From NCBI GenBank assembly GCA_040954595.2, contig CM082588.2, positions 5,902,202 through 5,966,201 on the forward strand: DNA of 64,000 bases. Reading direction: 5' to 3'. How positions within the stretch are numbered: the first letter of the stretch is position 1; the number at the start of each line of letters is the position of its first letter. This DNA is from Balanoglossus misakiensis (lineage: Eukaryota > Animalia > Hemichordata). Shown here one piece after another: positions 1 to 12,956 of the stretch. The notes under the pieces were generated by a model. That model was given only the letters and a program-made list of their open reading frames with translations. It ran no database searches and was not told the DNA's origin. The translations under genes were made by a program, and so were the position numbers.

Positions 1-3000
1 TTCACCTCTCTGTGTGCGTTACTGCTACTCAGAATTGAAGACTGGCGTCGTTTGCTTCATATGTCACCGTGATGAGGCCAATTAAGATACACAGATAGTT
101 CGAACATCGCCGACTTCCCTTCCCAATAGAATATTTATTGGGAGATTTCGCGGGATATTGGAATAAATTGCAGACGAGTTCGTCAAATGGGCGTTGAATT
201 GTTTTTAATCGTGGAAGCGGAAATTCAGACATGGAAATGACAATGTCGATGAAACGTTTGAACTAATAAAGACTTGCTTCGGTGAGCTTTGTGCCGAGTA
301 GAAATTAACCTTCCAATTTTATTCTAACGTTCATCCGCTCGTCATTTTTGGCAAAATGAAATGTCAAAAGCCGTGAATTTCACATTAAAGGTTAACGAAA
401 AATGATAAAATCTGGATTGAAAACGGCTAAATTAAAAACAATACGCTCAGAGAAATTACGGTTACAGCACAATTCCCAGAATATAAGTCTCATTTCAGCC
501 ACTTGGAGGCGCTGCACACTATTTGCTTCCAGGATTTCTCAGCGAGCACTCTTATACCCGACTGAAACAGGTCCACATTTGCAGGCAGAATCACCGATGG
601 AACCTGAAAGAACGAAGAAATTTCATGATTTCTTGGCGTGAATTTTCACTTGAAAAATAATGTTTCTTTTTTGTCATCCAACTTGTAGCTGACACAGACC
701 ACATTTTCTTCATTTATCTCAATCGCCTTTCAACTGAGTTCGGTGAGTCTGAGTCGGACTTGAAGAAGAGCAGTGGGGGACTATCGTAACAGTGCAGTCA
801 GAAAGCTGTCATCATTTTTTGTTCTGGCTGCTGAATGCGCGATAAACGACGGGAGAATTCTAGACTCGAGCAGATTCTCTGCGCAGAGACGTGGTTCAAT
901 CCGCTATCCTGTGCCCGGCCCTCTCTCATCGTGTGGCGGAATCCACAACATACCCCAGTACATGTACTTGCAGTATCTTTCCATATAACTTTGACGACCC
1001 ATTTTACAATAAAATAAAAGAGCCCTGATGACTTATTTTATGCAACGGCGCTTACCATAAGCCGCGGGTCTGCGGATTGTTTTACAAGACACATAATTAT
1101 TGTTTATTTCAGTTGAAAACGGTTTGGACAGTATATTGATGTTGAATGTGCAGTTGTACATGGGAAATAAGGGAATAACACAAGCGCACGTGCTCAGTAA
1201 AAACAATGCACCTTAGATTACATTGGACAAACCCCGCATGTGATAAAAATGGCTGTAACGTAACAAAGACACGGTAGTCCCGAAGAGTATTTTTGCTAAG
1301 AATAGCAGTTTGCATTTTTAAACGGGCAAAGATGACTACGTAACATTTTGACAACAAACGGTAAAGTCGTAGCGTAACGACACGCCAATAGTGATACAAC
1401 TTGTATCGTTCACAATGTGAAATTTATGGATGTTGAGGCTGCATTTGGATATGCTATGAAAAAATATACCAAAAGAATTAACTTCCGGGATTTTCATTAT
1501 TTTTTGGCTAAAGATACGGACGACCTTGGCGATATTCTAAACACAAATGGACAATTTAAAGAATTGGTCGGATGCGGGTTACACGCGACCCTCTGGCAAT
1601 AACGCCTGTTTTTCTTCGTGCGTATTTCAGTGTAAAATCGCGCCATCCTTTGAATGAATTCTTAGTCCACAATGATGTCCACCATCTTCTTTTACGGTTT
1701 GCGTCTCGAGTAGACCCTTTTAGTGTCTACTTCTTTTAGGCTGTGAAGATTTGCATTCAAAAAAGTTCACAAGACAAGAAGCTTGCTGCCCCAACCCAAG
1801 CCCACCTCCCTAAGAGCTTAATTAACCGAATATTTCGAAATCCCAGAAACTGGACTTTGGAAAAAGATGCCTCTCTTTAATCAATGATATTTAGCATGTT
1901 CACCAAACACCATGTTCATCATGTTAGCTAAAGCTGTACGTGCTCCCTTTGTACTTAGAACAGCACATTTCCTTTTTTAAATCTCGGCATATGATCGTTT
2001 ACGGACCGGGATTCATCAACCCTTTCTCCATGTTCATGTCCAGTTCACACATGTCCATTGCGCGTGGGTCAGAATCGTGGGTGGTCATAATTCCCCCGAG
2101 TACGCGTATCCCAACAAAATAGTCAAATGTCCATTCCAGTATTTTTGTCCCGTGTTCAAACAACCTGGACCAGCTTGAAAATAAACCACTGAATACATCT
2201 GCTCGATCTTTGTTAGCCCAAGGCTAACAAAGAGACAGAGAATCAAATCAGTGGTATTGAACTTCCCTGACATCGAGTGGAAAAATATCGATTTCGGGCG
2301 AATGCCCCCAATTATCGAAGATTTATCCATTTTGGCTATAATCATACAATACGGCCAGCCCACAATAATTGTTCCAGTGTTTGTGGAAACAATGATCACG
2401 GGCATCACAACACACGGTCTGTTGTATACTCGCATTTCCGTGCTCTGTAATCGGATTACGTTAATCATATTGTTTTTCATATTTGTTTCATGTTTTGTTA
2501 TTTTCTTTCTATTTCCCCCAGGCGGGTAATTGTGCGGTCGCTAACGTTATGCGGTAACGTCCGAAGCTGCGGCTGGTGTCAGATGTGGCGCGGTCTCTAA
2601 CTATACCATTGATCAGTAACGCTTGTGTTTGTGGGATTAGGGATGGTACTGAACGCAAGACAGCTTATACTCAGTCCACGGACTGCAGCAAAATGTCCGG
2701 ACAGTCACAAAAAGAAGTTGTACATTTGAAAGAGAAAGGAGCATTCAAAACAGTGATCGAAGTTCAAGGCGAGGCAACTACAAGGTGGAAAATGGGACGC
2801 TGTAATTGTTGTTGGAATATATTAATCAACGTGACTCTTCCAACACAGGCACTTAAGAACCCCAAGTTCAAGATTCAACAATTTTGATGTTGTGACCAGA
2901 TTTGGTTTTTAGCATGTCCACGGCTCTAGTCCTCAGGTGGCCGGGGAGTTTACAACGTATCGAGCATTTCTCTGGAAGTTCTGAGGCGAAACGTCTCATT

Positions 3001-6000
3001 TTGGGGCTGTTGTCATAGCACCGTCAGGATTGCGCGTTCGGAGGACTCCCTCATCTTTCAACTCACCCCTCCCCCTCTCTCTCCAAGTCTCTTCGAATTT
3101 CTGCGTTTAACTGCATGTATCTTCATATAACTGAAAATACTTTGCTTTACATTGGTTAATAGTTTACAAATTCTACACAAACGTGATTGAGTTCCACATT
3201 AATAACAATACGCGATGCTAATAATGTCATAAATTATTAATTTTTCCATTTACTGGTGGAATAATCTTGGGTCCGAGCAAAGAGTCCTATTTCAGTTTGG
3301 GGGCACCTTTTTTGCCCGAGGGCCACCAATGGTACCCTCTCAATATACGAATGTGGGAGAACTTTTATCCCTTTAATATTTTCGAAATTATTGCAATTAT
3401 TGTGGGTTACAATGCCCAGGTGGTTGGTCGATATTGCGTGGTATCCGGGGGGGGGGGGGTGAAACGAGATCGGATTGGCATTTTCCCACAGTACCCGCCA
3501 GCTTCTGTGTACGGCCGTGGTGCGAACGGTTTCCCAGGCACGGGCGGCTGTGAACAGGTTGGCATTGATGGACAAGTGTGTGAGAGACAAGGCGAAGATG
3601 GATTCCGCCCTTTGTTCCGCCGTTGGTCTTCAATGCAGGCCACAGTGGAACGGTTTAACATCCACCGGTGGCTTGTCTGCGAAACACATGCACGGACCAT
3701 TGTAAAGAACTGGATGCGGCGATGAACTTCGCAGACATACGGCAAGCGATTCATCATCGGCCCCAAGGTCACCGTCAGTTCTGAAAAATAAAACGAATTC
3801 TAGTAAACTGACGGGTCACGTGTTGGCCTTGATTGTGGGTAAAAAAGCGAAATGATTCGATCATTGTGTGGTCACGAAGCACTGTGACTTTTAGATGACT
3901 TCCTGGTGGAATACCCCCCTCCCCTCGTCGGATGGGTGACATGCGCTGAAGCCAGGGGGACATTTGCGTGCGTTGTCGTTGGACGCGCGTGGTCGGCGAC
4001 ATCCGGCGGTCGATTTCAGCGCCCTGTGTGAAGTCAACACATGCTACAGCGAAAAACAATGGTTCCGGCAAAACAATCGACTTTAAATTGTAGCTTTCTT
4101 AAATGGCTTTAAAGAGAGTTCACGCTTGGTTGATCTGTGGAGACAGCTTGAACCCATCTCATGAATGATTCAAAACTTTTTTTTTTGTACTTTTCGACGC
4201 TGATTCCCTAACTTGCGCTCAATTGCGTCTTTCTAGTCGCGGAGGTAATTGCTACCGACTTTTGGCTCGCTACCCACTTCTGTCATTGTCTACGCTGTAA
4301 ACGCCCGAGTCCGATTCAAAGGGTCCCTCTACCCTCGGCATTCTGTCCCACCCTGAAACAAAGGGGAGGAGGGGGGGGGGGGGGCAAAATTCGGACAAGT
4401 TAGAGCACGACGTCTCACGAGGGGGGACGAGTTTCTTTGACACGACACAGGTGGCTACTTCAAGAAATGACACGGAGGATTAGAAGCTAAAGTAACACTG
4501 GTATACAGGACTCCCCCAATTGTCATATTCCTACAATACGGCGAATTCCCCCCCTTCAAAAACGCAGGGAGAGGTTGTTTACACGACGTGGCTAATTACG
4601 GGACTTATACTAAAAATGCGGGTCGTGCCTGCAAGTTTAATATTTTCACGCAACAAGTTAACATACGATGCTATTCTGGGAGACCACGGCAAATCAACGT
4701 GGACGTGTTACGCGCCTCTTTTGTCCGCGGCGGATGGACGCACACGTATATTAATTGTTCATTGAGGAAAATATACACTACGAGGACGAAGTTTACGTAA
4801 GCAACGTGTTGTCCAATAGTGATATTGGCTAAATGGCATCAAAAATAGTCAACACCAACCTGTTTATTGTACACGATTTGCATTTCTACGTCAGACCATC
4901 AGACCAAATGTCAGTCAACGCTGGTTAAAATTGTAATAAATTTCACCATAGTTCACGGCTATCTTCCCGTGGGTATCGTTGATCGTCAACTCTAACCCGT
5001 TAAATTTATAAGCAGTGCTAATAAACGTACGTGTTACGTTTTAACTTCCGTTTTTATATATAAAAAGCTCCATAACCCCTTTGTATTCTCAAAGCAAAGT
5101 AAAGTACTACGGTGACTGCTGCATTCATACAATCCTTGTCTACACACAGGCAGTGTCCGTTCTGCAAGACGAATCAACAGAATCGATAGATTTTACTGAT
5201 ACTTTGCGCATTGTTTTGCGAGCGGAGGCGATCGGTCATGTCTGAACTTGGACTCATATCCGGAAGTTTGTTTCGCACAATGAAATACCAGGGGGGAAAT
5301 TACAATCCGAGAAACCACTTTTTCATTATAGTTAGTGCCTTAAAGGAGAATGAGCGAGAGAAGAGTGAGTTTACATAAATACACACATAAGTTGTCGACT
5401 TTATACAAAAATATTTACATTTATTAGTTTTTCACATTTATTATTCATTCGATTCAGGCATACTGGCATTTCTTTCTCGGCATTAGCCAGTCTTTGCTGG
5501 GATGAGCATGTTTTACCAAACTGCAAACATTGATCACTAAGCGGTGTTGAAAAGATCGCATAAACGGTTATTTTAAAAAAAGGCGCCGGCTTTATTTTTT
5601 CGCCACGTCCTGGAGAAGGCGTTTAACAAGCGACCGCTAACTGATCATCCGCCGTTGCCAGACAATGTTCTGACAGCAACTTATGGAAATGATATTCAAC
5701 GGGTTCATCGTTTTCAATATCCCCGCGACCCCTAGTGAAATCGACCTAATGAACCGCTAAAAGATCTTTGTCAATTTGGTGACCTCCGACCCGGGCATTT
5801 AAACGCGAGAACTCTCAGAGCGCGAGCGTTGCCGGGGATTGGTCCACAAATTTTAATTCATGTTTCCTACGGTGTCACGCGGTTTTTTTTCTTTTCAAAA
5901 GGGAATATTACGCTTATACAAAATGGTTGAATGCTGTGTAGAACTTTGAACAGTACAGGTAAAACTTAAGGACCACCAACACAGCTTTGAATGTACATGT

Positions 6001-9000
6001 ACACCTGCCGGCATTGCAGCTGAGGAAATACGAAGGTGACATTGACTTAAAGACTTCAGAAACGATCTTGAAAACAAGTGCACACTGATTCACCGTGCCA
6101 ACAGGCCCATGGAATGTCTTCTGAATCGCTGTATTCTCTCTCTTTCTATCTCACTCTCTAACACACACACCTTTTGTTGTACATACCATTCGATTTTGTT
6201 AGATTTCGCCTTTTGTCAAAATCTCACTAAAGGATGATCGCTGCGCAATGGACTGTGCAGCGTGGGTTATGTAACACCCAGCTTTCTCAGTGTATAGGGG
6301 GTCTTTCGTATTATTTTTCTCAAGCGAAGCCTTTTTGTCAGTCTTTTCATTCTGGGCAACTGTTTTCTCTTAATTTAAGAAGTAGCGTAGACCCATTTTC
6401 TTTTATATACAGGTAGGCCCTCGTCCAGTTTCACAATGCAGTGCGTGTCTCCCATAGGATTAGTGCAGACGACACACTGATATTCTGGACACCCTGAAGT
6501 GCTCGTTCACTTTCATCGGCGACAGCATATTGGGCTATTACGAACTGTATCATTGATGTACAGCAATATGTTTTAAAACACGAATCTGTATATTTTTCGG
6601 ACGTATACGCAGCATATTCTGTTCTAAATGACAGTTGAAATGGGTCTATTGTTCTGTTTGTCCGTCATTTCACGTGGGCTGTGTATACGAATTGACACCG
6701 GCCGTTCACACCACGGACAATTCCAGGGGGCAGGGGGTCACTCTCCTGTTAATTGGTCTTGCAAATAACCCGGGCGAGAAAAAAACTCGGACACGGAATG
6801 AAACCAACGGGGTTCAACCGATGTGCACTTCCAGCGCGCGGCAGTTTATGACACATATTAGTACGGTCGTAAAAAAGACACTGTGTGGACAAATGGTCCC
6901 CGCATTTAGCAGGCCAATTGCAGGGTTTAATTGGACGGCGCACTTGGCCGCGTTGTTGTGATGGTAATTTACTACACAGTAGCTACACACAGCGTGGTGG
7001 CTAATTACTTGTCTATACTGATCAAAACAGACCGTGTGATGAGTTGATATTTTTTTTAGTCACGGTGTCGTGTTTTTTGTCGTGATGGCAAGATGTGACA
7101 AGCTATGAGGGGTCGCGCACTGGTCACAATTGCGATTCCGGGGGGGGGGGCTTTAATTACATTGGGGGGACTCTGGTATAGCTTAATCCGATCGAGTCTC
7201 TGGAACAACTGCGGAGTGATTTAGTGGCCTTTAGTGTACCAGAGTGGGTATTACGGGTGCAGTGTTTACCCACGACGACCAAATCATCTGGGGCTTATCC
7301 GCCTATTTCATTGGCTGCATACCAGGTGACGCCCAGATCATAGAATAAGTTCTAGCATTGCCGTATTGTCTCTGGAACAATACCCAAAACAAAAATAAAA
7401 CTGAAACGCGGTATTAAAACCTTGTCAAGTACTTCCGGTATTTCGCTCGTTACACTTTTGGAATAGGGACCCTTTTTGCACGGTGTTTAAACAGACATGT
7501 ACATGTACAAACGTTCGATTGTCATACGGATGGACAATTTCTTTCGTGGTGTGGTCTAAAATGGCCCACACGTCGCCATTCTTTGCTGTTGTTTTTGTCG
7601 CAGGAGACCGGACCAATAATATTTTAGTCAGGCGCCGCCGTTTCAAGAGAAACATTTTATAAGAATAATACCATAAGCCCATATGACAACAAGTTGATGT
7701 ACATTTGTACACTACGCAGGGACAGGTCATGAAAGATAATGACAAGGGCAAATACATTGTTTATGTTTGGATCTCTGTAATGAGATATAAACATATAATG
7801 CAACCGTAATGGTCATTTGCCAGTGAGTACAACAAATTGTAATCAATTAGTTGACAGTTGAACCTTTTGCATTAACATTTAAAATATAAAAGTGACAATA
7901 AATAGTCTTATATATTTGTGTTGCTTAAATAAACCAAAAACACTTCATATTACAGTTAAATTCCTATCTGATGTAAAGATGTTTATGTCATATTACTGAA
8001 GATTTATTGCCAAGTGCGAATACACTATATTCGCCATGTACAAAATGTGATATGAATTGTCGAGATAAATTCATTTCAATGCTTTTCAAAGGACACCTCG
8101 TCTCGTCGTAGAAATCACGAGTCGCCATGGTTCACAAAAATGTTCAAGATTTCGTTCTTGCTAGTTTGCATTCGTTGAATATCTCAACAAGCATCCGAAA
8201 TAAATTCAGTTCCGTTTAGTCGTCTCCCTGGGTCACTAGTACAGCTCCAGTGCCATTCAGCCAGCGCCTCTCTTTCTAAAGTCGACTACTTTTTAACACA
8301 GAGCACTGAACTGAGGCAACTCTAACATTTTACCGCCGCTATCTCGGCTCATCTGTTAACGCGCTCCCATGGGCCGGCTTGTCTCTCTGACGGTACACCG
8401 CTTTAATATACTTTTTAAGGTAACCCCGACTGCCGACTGCTTTGAAATATTCAATATCAATTTTGCACCGGCGTATTGGTACGTGTTGTGTGATGGACTC
8501 GAGATATTATCTGGGCCTGGCTATCTTGCCGTTGCATCGCCGTCTCGCCACCTAACCCCCTTCAATTTGTTCGTTCTTCCAATTTGCTCCCAATTCAATT
8601 TGCTCCGTGATGAGTTTTGATCGAAGTTGAATGCGAACTTCAGACCGCTTGATTTTTTCGCGTATAACTGACTTCTTTCTGTTCCATTATTCTCTTTTCC
8701 TCTTGGGGAGCCACCCATGTGGGAAAAGTTCAGTCATAGACCCTCCCTCCCCTCACCCTGGATGTCGAACCCCCATACATAACTCTCGGACTGAATTTTC
8801 CTCTAATTTCCGCTCGTTGCAGTTATTTTTGTTCGAAAAATGAAATATTGTATAGGGGAGACCAGGATACGCGTTCGCCAGAAAAGATGCTGCTCCCGAC
8901 CATCACCATGGCAACAAAAACCCCACTCCAGAACTATGCCTGTCGTTAATGACGGCTGGAATATTCATAAGCCTGGTGAGAATGCCAGACTGTGTGAAAT

Positions 9001-10492
9001 CCGTATCGCCAGTCCCCAATCGACAGCATAATGCCCATGAATGGGGCAGTCAGAGAGTATAGGGGTGGTCAATTTTGCCTATTTGGCCGGTCGGTATGCT
9101 TGAATGACATCAAAGAAACAAAACAACTTTCGTCAAATTAATTTCCGTATTCAGAGCTGGGGAGATAAAGACTGCCTCCAACGCGAGAGAACAATGCACC
9201 TCGATGCACACAAATGCACGTACTTGACTCCGTCTGATATAATCGAGACCGTGACTATAGCGTTTGAAATTCAAGTTTATACCTGACCCCGACTTCACAC
9301 CTCGCCCCGATCGACCTGTCTGGATTGCTGGCACTACACCCCCCCCCCCTCCCCATGATGTGTCGCACACACGGGCAGTGGGCAATATATACCCCAAAAA
9401 TCTAGCTAAGCCCCGTTTATCGCTGTAAAATAGACTCAGCTGAGACGCGGCGCTGGTTCAATGTGCTCGGCGGTTGCGGCTCAATTTCTCTCCCCATCAA
9501 GCGAGCCCCAGCGCCCCGTGATTGATGAGGGCCGAGACAGCAAATGAAAATGTGTGACGCTGCGCCCAAAAGCCAGCCCCTAATAGTGGTATTAGCTCAA
9601 AGACAATGAAACCGATTTTCAATTGTGCCTTCTGCAATATTGAATGGGGGGTTTCACCGTATAATTATGTTCACCATAGTGCCTCCAGGCGGAGGAGAAA
9701 CAGTGGAAAAAAATAGAAAGCGATAATATGCACTATTTGGGGGTATTGTATGCGTCTCCCAAGGGGGCTGCTCTTTCTACGTGTGTAATTGTAGTAGCGA
9801 AGAATTAAAATTATCAAGCTCTACCGGTTCGAGTTTGTGTTGATGTACGGTTTAATTGGGGTTTATCCCGTTTCCGTCGAAGTGTCTAATTGTAAATAAC
9901 TCAAACATTTGTCAGTCACCGACGAGGGTAATTACGGGATCTCTCCGTGACGATGCTGCGAAAAAGTCGTCGGGCTACCAATTTTGCACTTTCTTTTCAT
10001 TTTACCGAGTGGCCGGGCTCTCAACTCTATAGGGTCTCGCTTGTTGAGGATTGCGAAATAGTCATTTCATTTTCCCCGCATCACAGCCGGCGAGACTTTT
10101 CCCGAAGACACGGGTCAGCAGGACACTAAGGCAGAACACTGAACTAGTCGGCCGTGGATGATGGATAGCGTGATGTAATACACAGGCTGACAATTCTCAT
10201 CGCTGTGCTGCGGCCGACACACTCACAAAAATACTAACAACGATCCTTTCTTCTGTTTCATATAAATCACAACCACTGAATCAAGAAAGGGAAAGTGTGT
10301 TTTTTTTCCTGAGAACGAAAGTATTTCTCGTGACCATCAAAAAATTCAGAAACAGCTGGACGGAATAATTATTTTTGGATTTGCCGCCAACAGCCATACC
10401 TGTGAATTTCATACACGGACGTACAGTTAACTAACACCTCCACGGGTAAATTATTCTAATGTTCCAAGTATAGACCTTGTTCGAATGGACTG

Positions 10493-10609
10493 TCAAAAAA
10501 GGGATTTCGTGCTTTTTGTGGAAAAGTGAAAATTTAATATTTTTAGTGTAAGAACTCTAATACTGTTAATTTTCACTTTTTCCCCAAAAGCATGAAATCA
10601 CTTTTTTGA
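10493..10609. repeat. Imperfect inverted repeat (arms ~45 bp), probably a decayed MITE/foldback relic
   Basis: TCAAAAAAGGGATTTCGTGCTTTTTGTGGAAAAGTGAAAATT pairs with AATTTTCACTTTTTCCCCAAAAGCATGAAATCACTTTTTTGA with a few mismatches. Confidence 0.75.
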
Positions 10610-12689
10610 GGAGGACCATGATGGAGGAAGGAGAAACAATTTTCTAAATTTTAAGGCATTCTTTCAAGATGTATGTGTACACCGTAGCAGCGTGTTAAGT
10701 CCAGGGTATGACAGCGACTCATCCCAAAAGTTGAAAAGTTCACTTGTTTGATGTCAGATGGAGAATTGCATTATGATTTCTTGGTGCGCGACGACGCTTG
10801 GCTTGGCGAGCGAGCGAAAGGTAACCCCCTCCCGCTTCCCCGCTCAGACTCGGAGATGTAATTTAAAGATCACAAAATGCACTTCCGATTCGAGTGACAT
10901 TTTGTATTGCGATTGCTTTCAACGTTGGATAGACCTCTCCGATCGATCAGTGTTTGTTCTTGTGTTTTCTGCTCCGAGGGCGAGATTTCACTGTAACGGA
11001 AATTGCCCGGAATAACTCCCCCCAGTGTACTTGATTGTAGGTATTTGCATGTTCACCTGTGATCCCCCCTGTCAAGTCTTCCATTCGACCAATTCGCCGA
11101 TGTTCCAAGAGATCAAAACACTCGATAAAGGGGGGTAACACAAGGCTCCACTCAGGACGTTTCCGGGTTTTTCGAAAATTGCACTTTGCGACGGACACTT
11201 GATAAAAAATGCGCATGTCCAATGACATGTAGCGTGTCTATATAATGACATTAGCACTTTTAATCGGCTCTGGCCTTTTGTGGGGGCCTTCAATACAAAC
11301 ACAAATGCACACCAAGGGATGGGGGAAAGTGAACAAAATGGCGGGAATAGTTTATCACATTTGTCATTTGGCATTTTTAATAATTCAGTGACGTCACACG
11401 CTGTGAGTTTTGCGTTCCGCTATATTGTTATCAGTTTCAAATCTTTATGAGCCAGGCACGATTGTCCGATATTGACACGATACGCATCGAATACTAACTT
11501 CAATCGCTCGCACTTTTGTCCCCTAACATTGTCTGGCTGACTACTTTTCACCTATCGCACTTTTTTCTCCACGTCCAAAGGTTATTGACTTTGTCCGCTT
11601 TGACATTTTACGTCATTTTGAGCATACAATTGCCGTTAATTATATCCACTGGCACGCTGCCGTTGTAATGGCGAGGAGGCGGGGTGTCAAAACATTTGTG
11701 CACTTCACGAAAGAATGTGAAGGAAATTCTTCCGGATTGTCTGAAACCCGCTCTAGTTTTTTTTTTGTTTTCCCTACAGGTGTAAGCCGTAAGTCGTTGA
11801 ACCCTGGGTGTTTCAGAGAGTCCGCTGAATTTCGAAGCTGTGGGTCGTGTTCAAAAACGGGCATTTTGGGGGGCTGGGGCTCTGTTTGGCGATTTTGGAT
11901 TAAACACAATGCAGCCATAATTGCACGGGTTAATTCGTTTTAAACCTTCGGGTTGAATGTCTTCTAGTGTAGGTGTTATTTTGCCAGGAGATACACGTTA
12001 CGTAATGGGCGGGGTTCTCCGCTCTCGCAGCGGTAAACAACCTGGTACCTTGGTTCAAATTTAGCATCGCCACTGCCCACACAAATCCGACGAGAGAAAC
12101 ACTCGCCAGCTGCTCGGGAAAATTGACTCCAACTCAGCCAAGAGCGTTCGAGAGCACTTCTCACAATTGATGCCCACTTTTACAGTCCATATAAAACGAG
12201 TACGACCGTTCCTCCCGCATGCAAACGTTCGCGAGCGCCGATCCTCACCTGTGTATGGCGAACGAATAAAAAAAGAAGAAAAACCCGAAGCCATAAAATC
12301 CCTAAAATAAAATAAAGTTTGAATGCTTTGTTTTGAATGACAAAGGGGTCTGGGTCAGGAAACGGGGCAACATCATAAAAAAGTGCGATGTAATTTCCTC
12401 GCCTCGAGTAGGCTGAATTTCCTTCTGCAATCATTACAACGCAAGGTGGCAAAAGGTAGCCAAGCTAAACAGGGCGGTGTGTCTATCAATCAGTTTCTCA
12501 GCCACCTCCCAGTTGTGACACCGCCTTCAGGGGATTTTGAATTGACCCAGGGCATTGCATTTGGGGAGTAGACTTTCTCTCTCTCTTTTCTCTGTAACAC
12601 GTTGTAAGACTCGAGCAGATGATTTGTACTTCCCATAATGCGGTTTTCCCTGTAAACAATAACAAAAGCCAGCAAGCTGTTCAGTGAAA

Positions 12690-12850
12690 ATTAATGACCT
12701 AATTTACATATTCAGCCCATTGTGAAGTAGTCATTGACGACTGAATGGGTAAGTAGGTAATGGCCAATCAGCGGCGACGGCCGGCCGATTCATGCCAGCG
12801 TTAGTGTCAATCAACTTGGTGATTAGCCAATCGGAAAGCTGATCGGGGTC
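12690..12850 (+). promoter_or_regulatory. Proximal promoter of the POU3 gene
   Basis: Two NF-Y-type CCAAT boxes (GGCCAATCAG, core 12764-12768; AGCCAATCGG, core 12827-12831). TGTCAATCA (Pbx/Pknox-like) at 12805-12813. POU-like CTAATTTACATA at 12699-12710 next to SOX-like CATTGT at 12718-12723. Lies 110-260 bp upstream of the ATG. No clear TATA box; TSS not determinable from sequence. Confidence 0.65.
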
Positions 12851-12956
12851 ACATCTTTCATCGCCATGATGTATCTGGCGGCAAACTAAAGTGGAGAGAG
12901 TTTCAACATAGCTGCAGTTTTGCAAGTCAGATCAGCGTGCAAGCCAACGAAGTGAG

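Noticed and set aside
2251-2529. ORF containing LNFPDIEW, reminiscent of the CR1/L2 endonuclease motif GDFNxPDIxW
   Set aside because: The GD residues need a frameshift and no other endonuclease or RT motifs are visible. A Dfam/HMMER search would be needed.
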